A DNA stretch of 64,000 bases from positions 2,850 to 66,849 of the IMG/VR virus record IMGVR_UViG_3300027752_000013; one strand, given 5' to 3'. Shown here piece by piece: positions 18,787 through 26,213 of the stretch (the stretch's first letter is position 1; the number at the start of each line of letters is the position of its first letter). The translations under genes and the position numbers were made by a program. The notes under the pieces are model-generated. The model did no database searches. It was not told the DNA's origin and was given only the letters and a program-made list of their open reading frames with translations. Source of the stretch: a virus. Lineage: Duplodnaviria > Caudoviricetes.

Positions 18787-18962
18787 GATAGATTATAGTT
18801 TAATTGATTAATGATTAATGCATCTTGATGTGCATATGAAGTTTTGCTTCTCTTCTTACGGTACTTTCTCATATTTTTACATCCACGAGATGACCCACAA
18901 GATTGAAGCATTGGTCCTCCTATAAAGAGGAATAGCATAAGGTAACAGAATTTCTTTTTCAT
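18783..18962 (-). CDS. Small basic lipoprotein (59 aa, not in ORF track)
   Basis: MKKKFCYLMLFLFIGGPMLQSC-GSSRGCKNMRKYRKRSK; ATGA overlap with 18331..18786. Confidence 0.6.
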   Translation of the reverse strand: MKKKFCYLMLFLFIGGPMLQSCGSSRGCKNMRKYRKKRSKTSYAHQDALIINQLNYNLS

Positions 18963-18972
18963 AATTGTTTTG

Positions 18973-19197
18973 TTATATAATATCTCCTAAGTGAGGATCA
19001 TTATAGTTATTTAATCCATTTGATGAATGTCCCTCAAGGGCATCCTGATATTTATCTAAGCTCATTGCCCATTGAGCATCAACTTTGTTTATGAAGTAAC
19101 CTGACTCACGACTATAAGGCATACCATTCTCTGTACGACCTATGTAATAACCAGCTGCTGACTTGAGTATTTGTAACTCTGAAATTTTGCTTGACAT
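18973..19197 (-). CDS. Small hypothetical phage protein
   Basis: LKSAAGYYIG...PYSRESGYF motif typical of a small early phage protein family. Confidence 0.7.
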   Translation of the reverse strand: MSSKISELQILKSAAGYYIGRTENGMPYSRESGYFINKVDAQWAMSLDKYQDALEGHSSNGLNNYNDPHLGDII

Positions 19198-19226
19198 AAT
19201 ATTTAGTATTTAAGGTGAATAAAAAT

Positions 19227-19426
19227 AAAGAGCCTGGTTACCTCTTAACGACCGTTTACCCGGTTGACGGTTGACTGTTACATGTTCCACAGACAAGTCA
19301 AATATACAATTTCCGGTTGTCAAACCTTACAGCATTATTGCCTAACGTATACAAGGATAAGCTGACTAGCCACTCCTCTAGATGTACATAGTGACATCCC
19401 ACACTCCCGCTAGCCTCACGGGTTTT
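19227..19426 (-). ncRNA. Candidate structured ncRNA
   Basis: About 200-nt intergenic stretch, about 46% GC by hand count, with multiple stems. Confidence 0.4.
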
Positions 19427-19429
19427 ATC

Positions 19430-19630
19430 TTAAATACGAGTATAGTAATCTCTTCCTACTATAGTTGCAGGTAACCATCCAAATATAACTGACATACCTA
19501 AAGTGGCACCATGCTTAAAGCATTCTTTAAATGTCCAAGTATCTTCTAGATACCATGTAATTGTGTTGAATAAGAGTACTGTGGTAATAAACACACATAT
19601 ACTCAGTAGCATTGTTTTAGTATTTCTCAT
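19430..19630 (-). CDS. Small membrane protein
   Basis: Two hydrophobic segments in 66 aa. Confidence 0.6.
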   Translation of the reverse strand: MRNTKTMLLSICVFITTVLLFNTITWYLEDTWTFKECFKHGATLGMSVIFGWLPATIVGRDYYTRI

Positions 19631-19648
19631 AACGATTTAGTAATTAAA

Positions 19649-19861
19649 TTAAAGTCTATATAATGGTTCTCCCATATCCATATCATTTATCATCTCTTCT
19701 TGGAAGCTACGATCAATGTTGGTCATCAGTATTTGTTGTTTTTGGCTGTAATATTTATATACCTCCATAAACTCTTCTACAGTCATATCTCCTGCCTGTT
19801 GGCAGATAGCATCAAGTTGTAGTTTTACTCTGTGATGCATGTTAAATAGGTGATTTTGCAT
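19649..19861 (-). CDS. Small hypothetical protein
   Basis: 70-aa ORF with the shared ACTAAA leader. Confidence 0.55.
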   Translation of the reverse strand: MQNHLFNMHHRVKLQLDAICQQAGDMTVEEFMEVYKYYSQKQQILMTNIDRSFQEEMINDMDMGEPLYRL

Positions 19862-20058
19862 AATGATTTAGTATTAAGGGTTTAGTAATTAATTTTAGTT
19901 ATAAACTAACTAAGCTGTAACTAATGCTACAGCTTGTTAGTAATTGTCATTGATGAAATGTTCTGATGCATTCAGTCATACCACTAATTGTATCTGATAC
20001 AAGAAGTGTCCAAAGAGAGAGTTTAATGTCTACATACTCCAAGACTGGCGTCAGTTTA

Positions 20059-20286
20059 TTACCAAGGAACTAAATGATCAGAGTTATTCTCTCTTTGCAT
20101 TCTTCCTTGATATTGTAATTTTTCTAACTTATATGCATCATTAGCTTCATCAAAGTTTTTGTATTCAATCAATGAACAGTACTTATTCATCATATTAGAT
20201 TCATCTGATGTTGTTTGTTGTGAGACAAGGTTAACACCATTGTCTATATATAAGAAGCCTTTACGGCTAAAAGCAAATATTTTCAT
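20059..20286 (-). CDS. Small hypothetical early protein
   Basis: 75-aa ORF with the shared ACTAAA leader. Confidence 0.55.
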   Translation of the reverse strand: MKIFAFSRKGFLYIDNGVNLVSQQTTSDESNMMNKYCSLIEYKNFDEANDAYKLEKLQYQGRMQRENNSDHLVPW

Positions 20287-20315
20287 GATAGTTTAGTATT
20301 AGTGATTAATTGCAA

Positions 20316-20610
20316 TATTGCGGGTACTATGTCTATTATCCTATAGAGGAAGAGACAAAGACTACCCTTGTAGTATTGTTGTGCGTAATTGTTACTCTTG
20401 TAGTAACGTTAGCTATATTTATATTATTAGTACTAGTGATAGTTACAGGTGTGTTCAAAGGTGCTTTTATGTGGTTATAAGAGGTCATCTTTAGTGTGAC
20501 ACGCACAAATAAAATAATTTACCCACAATAAATAAGTTATTTAAACTGTTTTATAACTATAGTCTAACATTAATAAGAATTGCTAAGCAATGTTAGTTTT
20601 TTCTGAGTAA
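20316..20610 (-). ncRNA. Candidate structured ncRNA or long 5' leader
   Basis: Nested long-range stems 20316-26/20520-30 and 20379-86/20501-08 plus local hairpins; no ORF. Confidence 0.4.
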
Positions 20611-20618
20611 CTTACTGT

Positions 20619-20650
20619 AGTTAGGGAGCAGACGTGCATGGAAATGCACG
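20619..20650. promoter_or_regulatory. Repeat copy 1: AGTTAGGGAGCAGA + CGTGCAT-GGAA-ATGCACG hairpin
   Basis: Seen directly; matches the copy at 21245. Confidence 0.6.
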
Positions 20651-20676
20651 CCTACAGCCTAATGTTACAGTTACGT

Positions 20677-21159
20677 CTAGAATGGAGACGCTTCAGCTTC
20701 TACAGGTTCAGCTTTAAGAGCTTGTAAACTCTCTACAGCTTGACCCTTAGAGTTAGCTTCACGTATCTGAGCACCATTATCATGCTTAAGTAATTCACTT
20801 ACAGCATTGACATCAGCCGTAAAGAATGTAGTTCTATAGATTGGCAAGCCCTTTATAGAGCAAGCTACACCTGTATCACCAGCATACTTAATATCCACAG
20901 CAGGGTTATTAGTATTAAACGGTTCAAGTGATTCTTTTACCACAATCTTACCAGTCATTGGGAAAGATGCTTCCATTGCTTTAATGGTAGGCATTTCTCC
21001 TTGAATGATAGTACTTAATGTTAGGTCTTTAGCCCAGCCATTTACTACAGAAATTCCTTTTTGTTCTGCTACAATGTAGCCGTATAAAGGGTTCTTAGAA
21101 GTTCTTACTGTTTCTCCTGTCTTAGACAGTCTAATTGTTACTTGATTTAATTTTACCAT
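20677..21159 (-). CDS. First gene of the left arm; paralog of 15869..16450
   Basis: Clear block similarity to 15869..16450; ATG 21159 aligns with the paralog start; ends EAEASPF. Confidence 0.75.
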   Translation of the reverse strand: MVKLNQVTIRLSKTGETVRTSKNPLYGYIVAEQKGISVVNGWAKDLTLSTIIQGEMPTIKAMEASFPMTGKIVVKESLEPFNTNNPAVDIKYAGDTGVACSIKGLPIYRTTFFTADVNAVSELLKHDNGAQIREANSKGQAVESLQALKAEPVEAEASPF

Positions 21160-21244
21160 GATATTGATATAATAGTTTTGATTAAGAATGCCGTAATACA
21201 TTCTCTGAAAGATTTATAGTTGCATAATTACGTATGCATTATTT

Positions 21245-21277
21245 AATTGGGGAGCAGAAGGCATTGGAAAATGCCTT
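21245..21277. promoter_or_regulatory. Repeat copy 2: AATTGGGGAGCAGA + AGGCATT-GGAA-AATGCCT hairpin
   Basis: Seen directly; same spacing as copy 1 with a different stem sequence. Confidence 0.6.
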
Positions 21278-21288
21278 ATATAGTTAGT

Positions 21289-21414
21289 GTGTGCTGAGAT
21301 ACATATCTACTGATGTATACATTCAAATCAATGATGTACAGATATTCAGTAGATATTTACTGTGACACAGTAGCACTACACTACTCCGTGTGCAGAGATA
21401 CAGATGTGTACATT
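21289..21414. repeat. Imperfect direct repeats GTGTGCWGAGATACA...GATGTRTACATT with short palindromes
   Basis: Copies at 21289-21323 and 21388-21414; TACTGTG-A-CACAGTA at 21358-21372. Confidence 0.55.
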
Positions 21415-21503
21415 TTTAATTTTTAAGTACACGTATTTGTATTTCTACAGTATTGTATTAGTAGTACACCATATTGATAGGGGGTACCACCGCTACGTAA
21501 TTT

Positions 21504-21517
21504 AGTTGGGGAGCAGA
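21504..21517. repeat. Repeat copy 3: AGTTGGGGAGCAGA without the GGAA hairpin
   Basis: Seen directly. Confidence 0.55.
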
Positions 21518-21677
21518 TCAGTAATACCTCTTGAGCATGCAAAACACACAACTTTTGGGAGGGGCATGAGGACAATTTAACAGTAGGCGGGGACATGTTC
21601 TTACTTAAAAATTTTTATAGGATTTAGAAATTTAGTATATTGTTCTTATAGAAGGATTACATACTAAATAAAATACT

Positions 21678-22001
21678 ATGGCAAACTGGAATGATAACAA
21701 TGAGGATAATGGAGGTGGTTTAAATGAAGTACAACAAATGCAAATGGATGCAATTATACTTGAGACTGCATACAACAATGCCTGGATGTTGCTTACTGGT
21801 GAAATCACATTTGATGAATTAATGGCAAGTCAATTTAGTGAGGGAAGAGAATTAGTAATGGCTTATGATCCAGACACGGGACCAAAGTTAGAAGAGTTAG
21901 AAAATATGATAGCACATTTCGTAGAAGAGGAAGACTATGAGAAGTGTGCACAGCTGAGGGATGTAATGAATAAATCATACCCTGAAACATTTGAAGCATA
22001 A
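21678..22001 (+). CDS. Acidic protein with C-terminal UVR (UvrB/UvrC) helical-hairpin motif
   Basis: VEEEDYEKCAQLRD. Confidence 0.7.
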   Translation: MANWNDNNEDNGGGLNEVQQMQMDAIILETAYNNAWMLLTGEITFDELMASQFSEGRELVMAYDPDTGPKLEELENMIAHFVEEEDYEKCAQLRDVMNKSYPETFEA

Positions 22002-22006
22002 GAATT

Positions 22007-22132
22007 ATGGCAACCAAAAAGAAAATGTCCTGCTGGAAAGGATACAAAGCAGTAGGTAAGAAGAAATCTCCAAGCGGTAAGAAAACAGCTAGTGGTAGAA
22101 CTAAGATGGTAAACAACTGTAAAAAAAGGTAA
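22007..22132 (+). CDS. Small basic CWKGY-motif protein (41 aa, not in ORF track)
   Basis: MATKKKMSCWKGYKAVGKKKSPSGKKTASGRTKMVNNCKKR; TAATG coupling. Confidence 0.7.
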   Translation: MATKKKMSCWKGYKAVGKKKSPSGKKTASGRTKMVNNCKKR

Positions 22133-22416
22133 TGGCAAAAGATAGCAGATTAGCAAGAGCAGGTGTGGCAGGGTTTAATAAACCTAAGCGTACTCCAAGT
22201 CACCCTAAGAAGTCACATGTAGTTGTAGCTAAGGTAGGAGAGAAGGTTAAGACTATTCGTTTTGGAGAACAAGGCGCTAGTACAGCAGGTAAACCAAAAG
22301 CAGGTGAGTCAGCTAAAATGAAAGCAAAGCGTAAGTCTTTTAAAGCTAGACACGGAAAGAATATAAAAAAAGGAAAGATGTCTGCAGCATACTGGGCAGA
22401 TAAAGTTAAATGGTAG
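22132..22416 (+). CDS. Small basic phage protein
   Basis: KTIRFG...RKSFKARH...SAAYWADKVKW, a motif common in aquatic phages. Confidence 0.75.
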   Translation: MAKDSRLARAGVAGFNKPKRTPSHPKKSHVVVAKVGEKVKTIRFGEQGASTAGKPKAGESAKMKAKRKSFKARHGKNIKKGKMSAAYWADKVKW

Positions 22417-22419
22417 ATT

Positions 22420-22680
22420 ATGACAGCAGCACAATTAAGAGAATTAGGATTTACTAAAATGGGTCATCATGAAGATGATGATTGGCCAGAGGGATATTAT
22501 TACTTTAGTATTGAGTTTGGAGATATGCTATTTCATACGGGAGGTGATGATGAAGCTGAAGAAGATGGGGGATGGTATATTCAAGATCCGTCAAACACAA
22601 TTAAAATATGGCAATACTCGGAAGCCAAAATGTTATTTGACGTATTAAGACGTAATACGGTTTCTAAAATAAGTATCTAA
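22420..22680 (+). CDS. Hypothetical protein
   Basis: 86-aa ORF starting LRELGF. Confidence 0.6.
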   Translation: MTAAQLRELGFTKMGHHEDDDWPEGYYYFSIEFGDMLFHTGGDDEAEEDGGWYIQDPSNTIKIWQYSEAKMLFDVLRRNTVSKISI

Positions 22681-22706
22681 ACTTTTTTTATTTAAACTAT
22701 TTTTGT

Positions 22707-22714
22707 TACCTTTG
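22707..22714 (+). promoter_or_regulatory. Bacteroidota sigma-A -7 element
   Basis: TTACCTTTG about 27 nt upstream of ATG 22741. Confidence 0.5.
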
Positions 22715-22740
22715 TTTTTATTAACTTTAAAAAACATAAG

Positions 22741-23052
22741 ATGACAGATTTTAAAACCAATGAAAATCTTCAAGACAAAGATCCAAAAATGTCTAAAAAA
22801 GAAATGGCAGAACGTAGAGAAGAAATTACTGCATTCTACAAAGACAACATTCCACATTTAGAAGTACAAGCAGATTATGAAACTCTTTTAGCTGCAATTG
22901 AAAAAGCTAGAGCAGAGCGTATGCAAGCACAAATGTATATGGCACAGCAATATGCTGCACAGAAAGGTGAGGGAGCTCCTGATCCTGAATCTCCAGAAGG
23001 AAAGGCATTTCAAGATGCAATGGCTAAAGCAATGACAAATGAAACAGCTTAA
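22741..23052 (+). CDS. Hypothetical coiled-coil protein
   Basis: 103-aa helical ORF. Confidence 0.65.
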   Translation: MTDFKTNENLQDKDPKMSKKEMAERREEITAFYKDNIPHLEVQADYETLLAAIEKARAERMQAQMYMAQQYAAQKGEGAPDPESPEGKAFQDAMAKAMTNETA

Positions 23053-23962
23053 GAAAGGAGATAGAGGTTCTGACGTAAAAACTCTACAAACAAAATTAGG
23101 ACTGTCAGTTGATGGTGTGTTTGGTCCTATAACAGAAAAAGCTGTTGAGAGATTTCAATTAGACAAAGACATAATGGTTACTGGTGTAGTTGATTCAAAC
23201 ATGTGGGTTTTAGTACTTAACATGGAATATAGTATTGATGATTCAATAACTGAAGATACTGATGCGTCATCACAATACTTTACTACAAGATTTAATCAAA
23301 TAATTCACAAACATTATTTACCTAAAGATGAATATGTAAAGGGACCAATACAAAACAGTTATATATTTTTGCATCATACAGCAGGAAATCCAAACCCATA
23401 TAGGTGTATTGATCATTGGGGAAGAGATAGTAGAGGGCGTATAGCAACTGAATTTGTTTTAGGTGGCATTAATCATAGAAATGGAGATGATGAATTTGAT
23501 GGTGTAATGGTACAAGCATTTCCAGAAGGTTGTCAAGCATATCATTTAGGAAAAACAGGATCAGGTTATATGAACCGTCATTCTGTAGGACTAGAGATTT
23601 GCAACATGGGATATTTAAATAGCAAAGACATGACTACATATGTTGGCTCAAAATGTATCAAGGAGCAAGTTTGTGAATTACCTGAACACTTTAAAGGTAA
23701 GTTACATTGGCATAACTATTCTGAAGCTCAAATTAAAGAAACTGAAAAGTGGATAAAATATGTTGCTGAGAGAGATGAAATAGATGTTAGGTTAGGATTA
23801 AAACAATACATCAAAAAATTTGGAGCAACAAAAGGCTTTGACTTTCAAGAGGATGCTTATTATGGAAAAGTCAAAGGATTATTAACACATACCAATGTAA
23901 GAAAAGGAAAAATGGATTGTTATCCTCATCCTGATTTTGTTGATATGATAATGAGTTTATAA
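23039..23962 (+). CDS. Endolysin: peptidoglycan-binding domain + N-acetylmuramoyl-L-alanine amidase (amidase_2)
   Basis: LKKGDRGSDV..LQ..DGVFG..TEKAV..FQ; IFLHHTAG, SVGLEICN, LTH..V..K.DC.P. Confidence 0.88.
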   Translation: MKQLKKGDRGSDVKTLQTKLGLSVDGVFGPITEKAVERFQLDKDIMVTGVVDSNMWVLVLNMEYSIDDSITEDTDASSQYFTTRFNQIIHKHYLPKDEYVKGPIQNSYIFLHHTAGNPNPYRCIDHWGRDSRGRIATEFVLGGINHRNGDDEFDGVMVQAFPEGCQAYHLGKTGSGYMNRHSVGLEICNMGYLNSKDMTTYVGSKCIKEQVCELPEHFKGKLHWHNYSEAQIKETEKWIKYVAERDEIDVRLGLKQYIKKFGATKGFDFQEDAYYGKVKGLLTHTNVRKGKMDCYPHPDFVDMIMSL

Positions 23963-23963
23963 A

Positions 23964-24335
23964 ATGGCAATTGTAAATAAAGTAGATCTTAAACATCAAG
24001 TAGATATTAATGTTTCAATAAAGTATCAAATAGTTACATACTGTTTCTTTAATGATACATTAATAAGTAATTCTGATTTAAAGTTTTTAACTGAACTAGC
24101 AAAAGAAAAAAGTATTGAATTAACTAAGTTTTGTAACAAGACTGTTAATGAAGATATATTTAAAAGTGCACAATCAGCTAGAAATGCAATAACTAAAGCA
24201 GAAAAAAAAGGCCTACTTATTAAGACAGGACATAATAAAAAAACTATTAAGTTAAATCCTGATATTAATGTACAATCTAATGGTTTAGTATTATTAGATT
24301 ATAAAATATTAGGACGTGAATCCGAAAAGTCATAA
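23964..24335 (+). CDS. Hypothetical wHTH-like protein
   Basis: SARNAITKAEKKGLLIK. Confidence 0.55.
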   Translation: MAIVNKVDLKHQVDINVSIKYQIVTYCFFNDTLISNSDLKFLTELAKEKSIELTKFCNKTVNEDIFKSAQSARNAITKAEKKGLLIKTGHNKKTIKLNPDINVQSNGLVLLDYKILGRESEKS

Positions 24336-24672
24336 AGATCTAAGGAAGGGTATTGCTGATGAAGTTGGTGTTCATCCTACTGTTGTAGATGATTTTATAT
24401 CATTTTATTATGCAAAAGTTAGAAAGAAACTTTCAACTTTAGCTTATCCTAGAATAAATATAGACGGGTTAGGTACATTTTATCTAAGAAAAAATAAACT
24501 TGATAAAGCAATTTTAAAAAATAAAAGTTTATTGGGAAATATTGCTAAAAGAACTTACAACGGTTTTGCACAAAGTGAAGATATACATAAGAATATAGTT
24601 GAGATGGAGTCAGCAATGAAGCAGTTAGAAAAAGATATTAAAATTAAAAAAAAATTTAGAAATGAAAGGTAA
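24316..24672 (+). CDS. HU/IHF-like DNA-binding protein
   Basis: IADEVGV...INIDGLGTFY; GTG start. Confidence 0.6.
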   Translation: MNPKSHKDLRKGIADEVGVHPTVVDDFISFYYAKVRKKLSTLAYPRINIDGLGTFYLRKNKLDKAILKNKSLLGNIAKRTYNGFAQSEDIHKNIVEMESAMKQLEKDIKIKKKFRNER

Positions 24673-24994
24673 GTGGGCTAAATATCTTGATGTATTTAAA
24701 AACGCTGATGCTATTGTAGATGGTATTGCAAATACTATATTTAAAAAAGAACATGTTGAAGCTGCTGCAGCTGAAAGATTTATAGTTTGTATAGGTTGTT
24801 CTTTATTTGATGCTAAAGGTGATAACTGTTTAGTACCAGGTACCCAACCTTGTTGTAGTGACTGCGGATGTTCTTTGGCATTTAAAGTTAGATCATTATC
24901 ATCAGAGTGTCCAAAAGGATATTGGGATGCATATACAACGGAGGAACAAGAAGAAATAATAACTAAACAAATTGAAAATGGAAAAACTGACTAA
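24662..24994 (+). CDS. Cys-rich hypothetical protein
   Basis: R..VC..C...CC..CGC.L..KVRS...CPKGYW. Confidence 0.7.
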   Translation: MKGKWAKYLDVFKNADAIVDGIANTIFKKEHVEAAAAERFIVCIGCSLFDAKGDNCLVPGTQPCCSDCGCSLAFKVRSLSSECPKGYWDAYTTEEQEEIITKQIENGKTD

Positions 24995-25133
24995 AGAACA
25001 AATAGTAGGAGAACTATTAGCTGAAGATCAAATAACCGCAGAAGAAGCAGTTACTTTATTAACTGAAAAAGCTAGTACAATAATAAATACTTTTTCAATT
25101 CCTGCGTTTGATTATACAACAACAACAACATAA
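24978..25133 (+). CDS. Small hypothetical protein (51 aa, not in ORF track)
   Basis: MEKLTKEQIVGELLAEDQITAEEAVTLL...; fills the gap. Confidence 0.5.
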   Translation: MEKLTKEQIVGELLAEDQITAEEAVTLLTEKASTIINTFSIPAFDYTTTTT

Positions 25134-25143
25134 AAATTAAATT

Positions 25144-25959
25144 ATGGGACTAAAATTTGTAGAAGAAGGTCATGTGTATGAAAGTACAAATGATGAAAAA
25201 ATAAACTGGCTAAGCGTTACTTCATTTATTGCTAAGTTTAAACCTAAGTTTGATAGAGACGGTCAAGCTAAGAAATCAGCTAAAAATAAAAGGTCTAAGT
25301 GGTATGGTATGACACCAAAGGAAATTCTAGCTGCATGGGATGGAGAGACAGCAAGAGCTATTAAGTTAGGTAACTTTTATCATGATCAAAGAGAAGCAGA
25401 TATGATGGAGTTAAATACTATTGGCCGTCATGGTGTAGAAGTGCCTATTATTAAACCAATTATTGATGATAAAGGTATAAAGTTTGCACCTGTTCAAAAA
25501 CTTGAAGATGGTGTATATCCTGAACACTTAGTATATTTAAAATCAATTGGTATATGTGGACAGGCGGATGTTGTTGAAGTAGTGAATGGATATATTAATA
25601 TCAATGATTACAAAACAAATAAAGAAATAAAAGATAAGGGATTTACAAACTGGGAAGGTATTACCAATAAAATGTATAAGCCTGTTAATCATTTGGATGA
25701 TTGTAATTTAAATCATTATAACTTACAGCTTAGTCTTTATGCGTATATTATTAAGAAGCATAACCCTAAACTTAAAATAGGTAAGTTGACTATACAACAT
25801 GTAAAGTTTAAACAGGTTGGTGAAGATACAAATGGTTATCCCATAAATGAACATGTAAATGGGGAACCCGTTTTAGAAAAAATTAAAATTTATGAATTAC
25901 CATATTTAAAAGATGAAGTTAATTCAATCATTATGTGGTTAAAAGACAATCAATTATGA
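25144..25959 (+). CDS. PD-(D/E)XK nuclease
   Basis: F.EEGHVY, SVT, CGQAD, INDYKTNK, YNLQLSLY. Confidence 0.82.
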   Translation: MGLKFVEEGHVYESTNDEKINWLSVTSFIAKFKPKFDRDGQAKKSAKNKRSKWYGMTPKEILAAWDGETARAIKLGNFYHDQREADMMELNTIGRHGVEVPIIKPIIDDKGIKFAPVQKLEDGVYPEHLVYLKSIGICGQADVVEVVNGYININDYKTNKEIKDKGFTNWEGITNKMYKPVNHLDDCNLNHYNLQLSLYAYIIKKHNPKLKIGKLTIQHVKFKQVGEDTNGYPINEHVNGEPVLEKIKIYELPYLKDEVNSIIMWLKDNQL

Positions 25960-26213
25960 AAGAATATATAGCAGCAGTAGCAGTACAATCATTAAAATCT
26001 AAGGTTCCAACAGATTTTAGATTTGAGGAAACAAAAATAATGATTAACTTAGATAGGGTATCATGGTTTAAACAATATTGGAATGTAGCTACAGAAAAGT
26101 TTAAACATACTTATACTGAAGTACTTATTCATGGTCAAGAAATACCTATATTAATAGTAATACCATATGAAGAATTTAAACAAGATATTTCTAACTTTTT
26201 AAAACATATATAA
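25956..26213 (+). CDS. Hypothetical protein
   Basis: ATGA-coupled ORF (start probably MKEY at 25956). Confidence 0.55.
   Translation: MKEYIAAVAVQSLKSKVPTDFRFEETKIMINLDRVSWFKQYWNVATEKFKHTYTEVLIHGQEIPILIVIPYEEFKQDISNFLKHI

Noticed and set aside
19950-19980. Hammerhead ribozyme core suggested by CTGATG and TGATGAAA
   Set aside because: The required CUGAUGA...GAAA order with flanking stems is not present
20619-21517. CRISPR mini-array formed by the GGGAGCAGA repeats
   Set aside because: Repeats are only about 14 nt and spaced about 625 and 260 nt apart; no cas genes
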